From Bacteroidetes bacterium ADurb.Bin139 (GTDB lineage: Bacteria > Bacteroidota > Bacteroidia > Bacteroidales > UBA932): 64,000 nucleotides of DNA. Positions within the stretch are counted from its first letter, which is position 1; each line of letters begins with the position of its first letter. Positions 55,676 through 64,000 of the stretch are shown here, in pieces. The notes below the pieces were generated by a model that saw nothing but the letters and a program-made list of their open reading frames with translations, searched no databases and was not told the DNA's origin. Both the position numbers and the translations under genes were made by a program. The stretch spans positions 778 through 64,777 of the forward strand of contig MWDM01000004.1 of the NCBI GenBank assembly GCA_002070565.1, written 5' to 3'.

Positions 55676-57703
55676 ATGAGAAAACTTCTTTTGTTTTGCC
55701 TGGGAACATTATTGTCCCTGGGAGCTTTAGCTCAGTGCATAGAACAACCGGCCTCGTGGAGTTACAGTGTAAAGGCTGTTGAAACAAACATATTCGAAAT
55801 ACGTTTTCAGGCCTCATTAAGGGAACCATGGCACATGTATGATCTGGGGCCTTATCAGAATGGTCCCCAGCCAACGCGCTTTACTTTTGATTTGCCTGAA
55901 GGTGTATATCTGGAAAAGGCTATGCATATGGAATCGCCTCCGGCCAAAGCCTATGACCCCTTATTTGGGATGGAGATAGGTTCGTTTGGCGGGAACGGGG
56001 TATTCATTCAGAAAATACGCCTTGAGGTTCCGGTAGCCCTGATTCGCGCAGTTGTGGAATGGCAGGTATGCGACGGATCGTCCTGCCTGCCTCCGGAAAC
56101 GGAGGAATTTGAAATCAAGCTGGGAGAGGGATCCCTTGTTGCCGGTGATGCCGTTGATGCAGGTGTTGCAGGTGTTGCAGGTGAGTTTTCTGCCGATACT
56201 GCAGCCGGTACAGCAGTTGATACAGAAGCTGATGTCGCAAGGAGACCATCTCCCTCGCTTTGGGGTATCATCCTGCAGGCGATCGCTTTCGGTCTGGTAG
56301 CCCTGTTTACACCGTGTGTTTTTCCCATGGTTCCCATGACCGTTTCTTTCTTTCTGCGCGGGAGTGAAGACAAGCGTAAAAGCCGCCTACATGCGGCTTT
56401 ATACGGGGTTTTCATAGTACTTTTATATACGGTGCCCATTGCCGTGATTATTGGAATCACTTATTTTTCAGGAGGGGCATCGGTTACCGCCAATATCTTC
56501 AACTGGCTCGCTACACACTGGATTCCGAACATCATTTTCTTCCTGTTGTTCCTGGTATTTGCCGCTTCCTTTTTCGGAGCCTTTGAACTGGTACTCCCCT
56601 CAAAATGGACTACAAAAACTGATTCCAAAGCTGACAAAGGAGGTGTTTTGGGGATATTCTTCCTGGCGCTCACACTGGTACTCGTATCTTTCTCCTGTAC
56701 AGGTCCCATAGTAGGGGCAGTTCTGATCAAATCAACCCAGGGGGCAGTCTGGGAACCCATACTGACCATGTTTGCTTTCTCTGCCGCTTTTGCGCTGCCC
56801 TTCACCATACTGGCTTTTGTGCCATCCCTGTTGCAACGGCTACCAAAGTCGGGCGGTTGGCTCAATTCGGTCAAGGTAATACTGGGATTTATCATCCTTG
56901 CGCTTTCCCTAAAGTTTCTGAGCACTGCTGACCAGGTATACCAATGGGGGTTACTGGGACGTGATATTTACCTGGCTTTGTGGATTGTTATATTTTCAAT
57001 GCTGGGCTTTTACCTGTTGGGAAAGATACGTTTCCGCTACGATACGCCTTCGGACCATGTGGGGGTTTTTCGTTTTTCTTTGGCGATAGCTATTTTCTCT
57101 TTTGTGGTCTATCTGATCCCCGGTATGTGGGGAGCACCGCTCAAAGCCCTGTCCGGTTATCTTCCCCCGCTGGACACACAGGAATTTGTTATGGACCGGG
57201 CCACTCAGGCCCCCGCTCCTGTTGAGCAAGTTCAGCCGGCAGACAGGAAATACAGTGATATTTTTCACCTGCCTTACGGTCTGGATGGTTTCTTTGATTA
57301 TGAACAGGCGATGGCATATGCAAATAAAGTCAATAAACCTGTATTTCTTGATTTTACAGGTCTTGGTTGTGTCAATTGCAAAGAAATGGAAGCCAGGGTA
57401 TGGAGTGATCCCCGGGTACAGGCAATGCTGCGTGAGCAGTTTGTGATACTTGCCCTGCATTCAGATGCCAAAAACCAGGCAGACCAGGAAGACTGGGTTA
57501 TTGACCAGCGTGGGAAGGAATTGCGTACCCTTGGAAGAATAAACTCCTGGTTTGTACGCAACCGTTATCAGATCAACGCACAACCAACCTATATCATTCT
57601 GGACAGGGACGGAAATCCGCTGCTCCCTCCCCGGAACTACAATCTGGACATTGAAGAGTATATCAGGTTTTTGCAACAAGGACTGGAAGCGTACCATAAA
57701 TAA
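55676..57703 (+). CDS. dsbD: DsbD-family thiol:disulfide interchange protein (N-domain, CcdA-type membrane core, C-terminal thioredoxin)
   Basis: The membrane core has Cys-Pro motifs (FTPCVFPMVP and SFSCTGP). The C-terminal thioredoxin carries CVNC (FTGLGCVNCKEME). Confidence 0.8.
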   Translation: MRKLLLFCLGTLLSLGALAQCIEQPASWSYSVKAVETNIFEIRFQASLREPWHMYDLGPYQNGPQPTRFTFDLPEGVYLEKAMHMESPPAKAYDPLFGMEIGSFGGNGVFIQKIRLEVPVALIRAVVEWQVCDGSSCLPPETEEFEIKLGEGSLVAGDAVDAGVAGVAGEFSADTAAGTAVDTEADVARRPSPSLWGIILQAIAFGLVALFTPCVFPMVPMTVSFFLRGSEDKRKSRLHAALYGVFIVLLYTVPIAVIIGITYFSGGASVTANIFNWLATHWIPNIIFFLLFLVFAASFFGAFELVLPSKWTTKTDSKADKGGVLGIFFLALTLVLVSFSCTGPIVGAVLIKSTQGAVWEPILTMFAFSAAFALPFTILAFVPSLLQRLPKSGGWLNSVKVILGFIILALSLKFLSTADQVYQWGLLGRDIYLALWIVIFSMLGFYLLGKIRFRYDTPSDHVGVFRFSLAIAIFSFVVYLIPGMWGAPLKALSGYLPPLDTQEFVMDRATQAPAPVEQVQPADRKYSDIFHLPYGLDGFFDYEQAMAYANKVNKPVFLDFTGLGCVNCKEMEARVWSDPRVQAMLREQFVILALHSDAKNQADQEDWVIDQRGKELRTLGRINSWFVRNRYQINAQPTYIILDRDGNPLLPPRNYNLDIEEYIRFLQQGLEAYHK

Positions 57704-57709
57704 AGCATC

Positions 57710-59074
57710 ATGCAAGACATACATATTTTTTTCAACAAACTTAGCAGTGTACTGTGGGGCTGGCCTATGATAATCCTTTTGCTTGGCACCCATGTTTTTC
57801 TGACCATACGGTTAAAATTTCCACAACGTAAACTATTTAAAGGTATTGCCCTTTCAGTCAAGAGCGATGGTCATTCCAAGGGTGATGTCAGCCAGTTTGG
57901 TGCCCTGGCCACTGCGCTGGCCGCTACCATAGGGACGGGAAATATCATCGGGGTGGCCATAGCTATTTCACTGGGAGGGCCCGGGGCCGTGCTGTGGTGC
58001 TGGCTTAGCGGGGTTTTCGGAATAGCCACAAAATATGCAGAAGGGCTGTTGGCGGTAAAATACCGGGTTACAACCTCAGACGGCACCATGCTGGGTGGGC
58101 CCATGTATGCGTTGGAACGTGGTCTGGGCATGAAATGGCTGGCCACCCTGTTTTGTATTTTTACCATTATTGCTGCCCTGGGGATCGGTTGCTCTGTCCA
58201 GTCTAATTCCATAGCCACCATGCTTAAGGAAACCTTTAACGTCTCACAATACGTATCGGGTAGCATTATGGCGGTTTTGGTGGCTCTTGTAATCTTTTTC
58301 GGTATCAAGGGTATTGCCAGGGTATGCGGTTTTCTGGTCCCTTTCATGGCTTTTTTTTATGTTGTGGGCTGTCTTGTCATCCTTATTATAAACGCTTCTT
58401 TCCTGGGACCGGCCCTGACCCTGATCTTCAAATCGGCTTTTTCTGTTAAGGCTGTAGGAGGCGGCATGGCAGGCGGGGGACTTATGATAGCCATGCGTTA
58501 TGGAATTGCAAGGGGATTGTTTTCCAATGAATCGGGTATGGGTTCAGCACCAATTGTTGCCGCGGCAGCAAGGACAAGGAACCCGGTCAGGCAGGCCCTT
58601 GTCTCATCAACGGGTACTTTCTGGGATACAGTTGTTGTCTGTGCCCTTACAGGCCTTGTTCTTGTCACCAGCATTATCAGATACCCAGATATTAATTATT
58701 CAGACGGTGCCTTGCTGACAAAAATGGCTTTCAGTAAGATCTCTGTTTTTGGACCTCTGCTCCTTACAGTTGGGCTTATCACATTTGCTTTCTCCACCAT
58801 CCTGGGCTGGAGTTATTACGCAGAAAAGGCCATTGAATATTTGGGAGGCAAGAAAACGATCGTATATTACCGCATCCTTTGGATTGTGGGAGTCTTTCTG
58901 GGTTCTGTTGCCAATCTGTCCATGGTTTGGGACCTGGCCGATACCATGAATGCCCTGATGGCCATTCCCAATCTGATTTCGTTATTGCTCCTGACAGGTG
59001 TCCTTGTAAAGGAAACTAATCAATATCTGTGGAGCAATAAACTGGATGCTTTTGATCAGGATATGGTGTCCTAA
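57710..59074 (+). CDS. Alanine/glycine:cation symporter (AGCS family)
   Basis: GDVSQFGALATALAATIGTGNIIGVA and FSNESGMGSAPI are AGCS family signatures. Confidence 0.85.
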   Translation: MQDIHIFFNKLSSVLWGWPMIILLLGTHVFLTIRLKFPQRKLFKGIALSVKSDGHSKGDVSQFGALATALAATIGTGNIIGVAIAISLGGPGAVLWCWLSGVFGIATKYAEGLLAVKYRVTTSDGTMLGGPMYALERGLGMKWLATLFCIFTIIAALGIGCSVQSNSIATMLKETFNVSQYVSGSIMAVLVALVIFFGIKGIARVCGFLVPFMAFFYVVGCLVILIINASFLGPALTLIFKSAFSVKAVGGGMAGGGLMIAMRYGIARGLFSNESGMGSAPIVAAAARTRNPVRQALVSSTGTFWDTVVVCALTGLVLVTSIIRYPDINYSDGALLTKMAFSKISVFGPLLLTVGLITFAFSTILGWSYYAEKAIEYLGGKKTIVYYRILWIVGVFLGSVANLSMVWDLADTMNALMAIPNLISLLLLTGVLVKETNQYLWSNKLDAFDQDMVS

Positions 59075-59991
59075 AAGGCCCATTCAAGTCCAAAGCTCAC
59101 GCTGTTAGTAACTGCGGATCCTTTTTGTCCCGCCAGGTACGCTGTGCTAAGGGACAGCCCGCGATAAGTGAATCCCAGTCCAGCGCTAAAATGAGGCGGA
59201 ATCCCTTTTTCCGGATCTCCATAATGGCCTCCCAGGCGGACCGAGATCATCCCGCTGTAAACATATTCCAGTCCAATTCCGGCCGTTAACCCCGATTTTT
59301 CAATTAAATACCCTGCCTGTGCGGCGGCGCGGAGCATATGCTTTTCCGCGGCGTGGAAATCATAGCCTGCTCCCAGCCTGATCTGTGCCGGAAGACGATA
59401 CGGTCCGTAACCATAATCAATTTTAGAGCCAATGTTTGTGGCGGTAAGTCCCAGGGAAAAGTTCCCGGGATGATACATCATGCCCAGGTCTGCAGCAAAA
59501 GCTCCGCCAGAAGCATTTTCCCCCATCCTGGAAATAACATAACGAAAAGTGGCGGCTGTGGAAATCGTTTCTGTAATTTTATAAGCGTAACCCAGGTCAA
59601 CAGAAATTTCCATAGGTTTATAAGTTCCTGTAATGTTTCCCTGATTGTCGCTCAAATTATTGGAAGGGTTTAGAAAAAAACGTGATCCGACTAAGAAAGC
59701 GCCTCTTTTTCCGGTTTTGATATAACCTGACAGGTTTGCCAGGTTGCTGCCTGTGGCACCGGGTAGCCACAGGGTATAGGAAGCGGCTAATGCACCCTTG
59801 CCGGGAGCAAATGCAGCGGCAGCATTGTTGTTATACAAGGAAAAGGCATTTGGTGGCGCCACCACACCGGTGCCCCCCATGGACATTGTCCTGGGGTCTG
59901 CGGGCAGTGTCAGGAACTGAGCAGTCTGGGCCACTAACGTATTACAGGCAGCCAGGGCAGAGATTATTACGAAAATATAGAGTCGCTTCAT
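59071..59991 (-). CDS. PorV/PorQ-family outer-membrane beta-barrel protein (T9SS-associated)
   Basis: After the signal peptide comes FLTLPADPRTMSMGGTGVVAPPNAF.LYNN.AAAAF. This matches the PorV/PorQ N-terminal pattern (FL.i..daR..gMG..GvA). The C-terminus ends in an aromatic residue (EWAF). Confidence 0.55.
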   Translation of the reverse strand: MKRLYIFVIISALAACNTLVAQTAQFLTLPADPRTMSMGGTGVVAPPNAFSLYNNNAAAAFAPGKGALAASYTLWLPGATGSNLANLSGYIKTGKRGAFLVGSRFFLNPSNNLSDNQGNITGTYKPMEISVDLGYAYKITETISTAATFRYVISRMGENASGGAFAADLGMMYHPGNFSLGLTATNIGSKIDYGYGPYRLPAQIRLGAGYDFHAAEKHMLRAAAQAGYLIEKSGLTAGIGLEYVYSGMISVRLGGHYGDPEKGIPPHFSAGLGFTYRGLSLSTAYLAGQKGSAVTNSVSFGLEWAF

Positions 59992-59998
59992 GATTGGC

Positions 59999-62599
59999 TT
60001 ACAGTTTCACGATATTTCTGGTTATTATTACCCCTTTTATGTTAATGCTCACTGAATAAACACCTCCGCTCAGAGTGGTCATATCAATCCGGGCGGGTTG
60101 GAACGGTGATATTTCATATGTGCCTTTCAATACCCGTGCACCGCTGGAAGATGTTATGGTAACTTCTGCCCCTGTTTTTTCTCCTGTTCTGATGTTCAGG
60201 ACATCAGTTACCGGGTTCGGATAAAGGTCCACCGGTTGGTTTCCATCACGGGTAAGCACCAGAATATCAACACTGCAACTTGCTTTTAATGCATCGGTTG
60301 CAGTAACGGTCATGGTGGTCAGCCCGAATTTTTTCCCGGCAACGTTGAGCATCCCGTCACTGATGGTACCGGTAGCAAATCCCTGGGGATTGAATGTTAC
60401 GGTATAAGCCAGTGTTTCTCCGTCGTCATCTGTGAAATAATCGGTCAGTTTTAACGTTTTGCCTGCTCCTGTTCTGTTCAAGTTAATATTATCGGGAGTA
60501 GACAGGATCCTTGGGGTTGTGTTGGGCAGCACGGTATAATCGATTTCAACGATTGTCGTACCTCCGTAAGGATCGCTCACTTTCAGGGATACAGTGTAGC
60601 TGCCTGCCTGTGCAAGCTTTCCGTCAACCTTAACAGTTACCAGGGTATCTTTCAGTGCAACTGACAAGGCAGAAGAAGCCGGTTCCAGCGCAGCAGTCAG
60701 GCTGTGCCCATCCGGATCAGATATCTTGAATGATAGTGTTTTTTCCTCGTGGGACTTAAGGACCAGCCGGGTTCCGCCAAGCGGTTCAATGATGGGAGGA
60801 TTATTCTCTTTTGTACGTACAAGTAAGGGTTCAGATGCCCCGGCCCGGTTCCCGGCGAAATCACTTGCGGTGATTGTAAATAAATAGGGGGTGTTGAAAT
60901 CAAGGTCCGAAACCTCCAGGGAAACAGTATCCCCGGCTTCTTTGTTCCCTGTCTTCACGTGGGCCAGTTTCAGGCTGTCCCCCTGGGCAGAGGAGGTCAG
61001 GACGTCAAAGATAAAGGCCTTTACATCATCCTCATCTTCCGGTACTTTCCAGGTTAATTCTATGTTATTGGAATAGACCCGGGCAGTGATTTCATCCACT
61101 GTATTTGGGGGGATAGTGCTTAAAGAGGCAATAGAAGCGAATGCATCAACCACTCCGCTCCCCATGGAACTTACGCACTGTGGATAATAGCTGAACATGA
61201 CAGGGGAGGCGTTATCCACTAGGATTTGTTTCAGATCATCGCTTGTAAAGCCAGGTCTTCCTGCGTGTGATACAACCAGGGCTGCCACACCAGATACATT
61301 TGGACATGCCATGGACGTTCCCTGCTTAAAGCCATATTGGCCATTTGTCAGGGTGCTGTAGATTTGACCCATAGAATAGTATGCGTCACCGCCCGGTGCG
61401 CTGATACTAACCCAGTTTCCGTAATTGGAATAATAGGCTTTTTGATAATCCGGGGCAATGGCTGCCACAGAAAGAACTTTTTCGTACATGGCGGGGTAGG
61501 AAATATTGGTGTTGTCGTTTCCTGCAGCAAATACGACCAGGCCGCCGGCCATAGGGCCTGTCTGGTTGCCACTTTCGTCATAGCCCGCATAAGTGATAAA
61601 GTAATCGATGGCTTCTTTTGTGCTCTGGGGCAAATAGCTGATATCAGTATAGCTCCAGCTGTTCTGGCATATGACGGCTCCGTTGTCTGCAGCGTATTTG
61701 ATTCCTCCGGCTTCGTCCCCTATGCTGTTGTACTCATCCATGATCTGGCATATCATAAGCCGTATGCCCGTCCCGTTACCTTTTCCCCCGGCAACCCCGC
61801 ATACTCCCAAGGAGTTGTTATTGGTTGCCGCTACAATCCCCGCCACATGTGTTCCGTGTTCTTCCGGCCTGATATATGCTGTGTGGGTGATGAAATTGGC
61901 TCCGTATAAATCGTCAATGATGCCATTGTTGTCATCGTCCACACCCTCCACACCATGCAGCTCTGCCTGGTTGACCCATAAATTATCCACCAGGTCGGGG
62001 TGGGTGATGTCCACTCCGGTGTCCACTATGGCTACTATAACCCGGCTGTCACCCGTTGTATAATACTTCCAGACATCCTTAACGTTGATGTCTGCTCCGG
62101 CAATGAAATCGGAACTGATGGACCCATCGTTGTAGAGATGCCATTGTTTTGAAAAATAAGAGTCATTGAACGGGAACAGCCCGCCTGTCGCTTCCTGTGT
62201 TTTCTTTCGTGGAATATATTCCACCTGCTGCACCCCTTCAAGCTCCGACAAACTGATGGCTGTTTTGGTCAAGGGTCTGTTCTGATCAAAGGTGACCGTA
62301 TACCATAAATGAAGGCCTGCTTCCCGTGTACGGGCTTCGAACTTTCCGGCAAAAGGAAAAACACGGCGACAGGAGCGGACATCCAGCCCGGCAAAGACCT
62401 GTTCTGCAGCTGAAGTTGATTTACTTAATAGTTCAGCCATCTGGCCGGTGACCTTGATACGGGCAATACCAGGATAGACTTGAGCTGTATCCTGCAGTCT
62501 TTCCAGGTTTTGATTGCCTGGTTGCTGAAAGGTGGTTTTTTTCTCACATCCTGCTAGTAGAATTCCACAGATCAGAAGCCAATAAAGAGTGTTTTTCAT
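59999..62599 (-). CDS. S8 (subtilisin) family serine peptidase with Ig/cadherin-like repeats and a T9SS C-terminal sorting domain, lipoprotein-type signal
   Basis: The catalytic triad contexts are VAIVDTGVD, HGTHVAGIVAA and GTSMACPNVSGVAAL. The C-terminus DLYPNPVTDVLNI...GVYSVSI......NIVKL is a typical T9SS CTD. The ATG at 62599 gives MKNTLYWLLICGILLAGC. Confidence 0.85.
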   Translation of the reverse strand: MKNTLYWLLICGILLAGCEKKTTFQQPGNQNLERLQDTAQVYPGIARIKVTGQMAELLSKSTSAAEQVFAGLDVRSCRRVFPFAGKFEARTREAGLHLWYTVTFDQNRPLTKTAISLSELEGVQQVEYIPRKKTQEATGGLFPFNDSYFSKQWHLYNDGSISSDFIAGADINVKDVWKYYTTGDSRVIVAIVDTGVDITHPDLVDNLWVNQAELHGVEGVDDDNNGIIDDLYGANFITHTAYIRPEEHGTHVAGIVAATNNNSLGVCGVAGGKGNGTGIRLMICQIMDEYNSIGDEAGGIKYAADNGAVICQNSWSYTDISYLPQSTKEAIDYFITYAGYDESGNQTGPMAGGLVVFAAGNDNTNISYPAMYEKVLSVAAIAPDYQKAYYSNYGNWVSISAPGGDAYYSMGQIYSTLTNGQYGFKQGTSMACPNVSGVAALVVSHAGRPGFTSDDLKQILVDNASPVMFSYYPQCVSSMGSGVVDAFASIASLSTIPPNTVDEITARVYSNNIELTWKVPEDEDDVKAFIFDVLTSSAQGDSLKLAHVKTGNKEAGDTVSLEVSDLDFNTPYLFTITASDFAGNRAGASEPLLVRTKENNPPIIEPLGGTRLVLKSHEEKTLSFKISDPDGHSLTAALEPASSALSVALKDTLVTVKVDGKLAQAGSYTVSLKVSDPYGGTTIVEIDYTVLPNTTPRILSTPDNINLNRTGAGKTLKLTDYFTDDDGETLAYTVTFNPQGFATGTISDGMLNVAGKKFGLTTMTVTATDALKASCSVDILVLTRDGNQPVDLYPNPVTDVLNIRTGEKTGAEVTITSSSGARVLKGTYEISPFQPARIDMTTLSGGVYSVSINIKGVIITRNIVKL

Positions 62600-62618
62600 A
62601 GAGAGTAGCATTACTATG

Positions 62619-62626
62619 CAAATATA
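62619..62626 (-). promoter_or_regulatory. -7 promoter box TATATTTG for the S8 peptidase gene
   Basis: The minus strand reads TATATTTG 19 nt upstream of the ATG at 62599, just after the terminator hairpin. Confidence 0.45.
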
Positions 62627-62628
62627 AG

Positions 62629-62656
62629 AAAAAGCCCCTTGTTCAAGAGGCTTTTT
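62629..62656 (-). terminator. Rho-independent terminator (12-bp stem with one mismatch, flanked by A/T runs)
   Basis: aaaaagcccctt / gttc / aagaggcttttt. On the minus strand the GC core is followed by TTTTTCTT. Confidence 0.65.
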
Positions 62657-62679
62657 CTTATAAAGAGCGCTATGCAGGA

Positions 62680-63561
62680 CTATAGTATGTCGTACAGGTT
62701 TGGTCCGCCCGGCAACGAAACATAGGAATAGTAATCGGTGTTTTGCCATCCACCCACTCCGTCCATATAAATGGCGGGCCGTAACTGAACTACTTTATCC
62801 TGGATAAACTTGCTTTTAGCATCGTGTACGGCCAGGGATGCTCCTAATGCAGAGGGATAATAGAATTTGATGGGATTTGCTGCAGCGCCCTGGTATAGCA
62901 ATCCTGCATACCAGTTTGTATCCCATTTAACGTGCTTTTCATTATCAATTACCCAGAATTCTATATAAGCACTTTGAGGGCCACCCAGCCAGCCTTCCCA
63001 CTCAGCTTCCAGAAGCAATTCCTTGGTGTAAGGTTTCTGGACCCTCCAGCGCTCGAATCCCTCGGCCTGAAGGATCTCCACAGTGGGAATGCTGTACAAA
63101 GTAAAGCTGTCATAAAATTGCCCGTTCCCGAGTGAAATCCAGTTGTAGGCCAGGCTCACTTTTAAATCAATGGCACCAACCCCCCCCGCGGAAACTTGTT
63201 CAGAAGCTATGGTGAGCTTGAGGTTATAGATTAATCCAATAGCGGCTTCGTTTGTCAGCGATATCGGCAAGTCTGCAGCTCCTTCCCCGTCTTCAAATGT
63301 TAAGGCAGAAGGTACTGTAAAAACGTTTGCCGAAGGTGTTGCAGCAATGTTGACAGTAGCTGAACCTTCTCTGGTGTTCCTGAAAATCTTTACAGAAAAC
63401 TCGGGATTGGTAGCAGGAAGTGTAAAGCTTCCAGCTTTGTTAATAAAGCTGTAGGCCGGACCATCAGGTTCATAAACTTTTGTGATTTGCTCTGTGTTGC
63501 ACGATGCCAGAAGCACGGCAGACAGAGTAACTACAGCAAATATATTCAGTAATTTTTTCAT
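62680..63561 (-). CDS. Hypothetical surface lipoprotein encoded downstream of SusD (position of SusE/F-like accessory proteins)
   Basis: It has a lipobox (LLASC) and beta-rich sequence. It sits 22 nt after the SusD-family stop. Confidence 0.5.
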   Translation of the reverse strand: MKKLLNIFAVVTLSAVLLASCNTEQITKVYEPDGPAYSFINKAGSFTLPATNPEFSVKIFRNTREGSATVNIAATPSANVFTVPSALTFEDGEGAADLPISLTNEAAIGLIYNLKLTIASEQVSAGGVGAIDLKVSLAYNWISLGNGQFYDSFTLYSIPTVEILQAEGFERWRVQKPYTKELLLEAEWEGWLGGPQSAYIEFWVIDNEKHVKWDTNWYAGLLYQGAAANPIKFYYPSALGASLAVHDAKSKFIQDKVVQLRPAIYMDGVGGWQNTDYYSYVSLPGGPNLYDIL

Positions 63562-63583
63562 AGTAATAATTTTATGCTTTCAA

Positions 63584-64000
63584 TTAAACACCGTCATCCA
63601 TAGGATTCTGATCAACAGACTGATCCAGGTTTTTGTTGCCGTCAAACTCAGCCTGGGGTATGGTCAGTACCCATGCGTAGGATTCCGGATTCTGGGTATT
63701 CCTACCGGTAATTAAAGCAGCTGTGGGCCATCCCATGCCGTCGGTTCCGGTTCTTGTGAAACCTTGTTTCAGTCTCCTGATGTCATAGATACGTCCGTAC
63801 TCGCCCCAAAGCTCTATACGGCGCTGGATCAGGATCTCTTCAAGCAGGGAGCCGGTCTCGTCCGAGGTGAGGGCGCCAAGTGCGGTGCCGGATTTGTTGA
63901 CGGTGTAGTCAGGGTCACGTTTTGCCATCAACTGCATCAGCAGGTCGCGTGCAGCCTGATCGTTTCCAAGGCGGCATTCAGCTTCTGCCTGAGTAAGGAG
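63584..64000 (-). CDS. RagB/SusD-family nutrient-binding outer membrane lipoprotein (C-terminal part; the CDS continues beyond the window)
   Basis: The reading frame is open to position 64000. LLTQAEAECRLGNDQAARDLL...RRIELWGEYGRIYDIRRL is the conserved SusD C-terminal TPR-like region. Confidence 0.8.
   Translation of the reverse strand, partial: LLTQAEAECRLGNDQAARDLLMQLMAKRDPDYTVNKSGTALGALTSDETGSLLEEILIQRRIELWGEYGRIYDIRRLKQGFTRTGTDGMGWPTAALITGRNTQNPESYAWVLTIPQAEFDGNKNLDQSVDQNPMDDGV

Noticed and set aside
56159-56185. A 9-bp triplet repeat gcaggtgtt/gcaggtgtt/gcaggtgag in the DsbD-family gene. It shares the 12-mer tgatgcaggtgt with the 36-bp repeats at 529-600.
   Set aside because: It is a short in-frame Ala/Gly/Val linker (AGVAGVAGE) between DsbD domains. 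The shared 12-mer is most simply explained as coincidence between two Ala/Gly/Val-type coding repeats, not a mobile or regulatory element.
1-64000. Search for CRISPR arrays, rRNA/tRNA genes, riboswitches, prophage or defence-system genes (restriction-modification, CBASS, retrons, toxin-antitoxin pairs).
   Set aside because: No regularly spaced direct repeats were seen. The only T-arm-like GGTTCGAATCC belongs to ssrA. Intergenic regions are nearly all under 150 bp and are explained by promoter boxes or terminators. No gene shows motifs of phage structural, integrase or known defence proteins. This is a visual scan only, so short or degenerate elements could have been missed.

Overview
The window looks like a chromosomal segment from a Bacteroidota (probably Bacteroidales) genome. 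The evidence is repeated TAnnTTTG -7 promoter boxes just upstream of start codons, no Shine-Dalgarno sequences, many lipoprotein signal peptides, a SusD-family gene, a T9SS C-terminal sorting domain, a PorV-like gene and a tmRNA with tag GNNNYALAA. Coding density is very high, with many 4-57 nt overlaps between neighbouring genes, and most of the content is housekeeping. Housekeeping genes include lon, recG, mutY, ung, glnS, RNase G/E, pgi, gpsA, coaD, pdxA, rnhA, lnt, menA, a UbiD-family decarboxylase, pncB/pncA, HU and ssrA. Accessory or unusual content is limited to the following. (1) At the left end, a small DUF4402-like secreted protein sits upstream of a ~1024-aa beta-rich protein ending in a tandem-repeat linker and a SPOR domain; the two are separated by a perfect 17-bp hairpin plus a T-run. 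(2) An apparently intact IS3-family element (4808-6162) lies between a ~23-bp inverted repeat whose left arm is the 3' end of a GT2 gene. (3) A promoter-plus-terminator unit with no ORF may encode a small RNA (about 11186-11280). (4) A 29-aa Lys/Arg-rich ORF missing from the ORF track resembles ribosomal protein bS22. (5) A GH5/GH31(PA14)/GH2 lipoprotein cluster has no SusC/D genes. (6) A ROK kinase, MFS transporter and SIS-domain protein form a triad. (7) At the right end, the tail of a PUL encodes SusD, a lipoprotein, a T9SS-sorted S8 protease and a PorV-like barrel. I saw no CRISPR array, rRNA, tRNA, prophage or recognisable defence system. The candidate novel systems are inferences from motif-level reading only and need HMM, structure and comparative checks.
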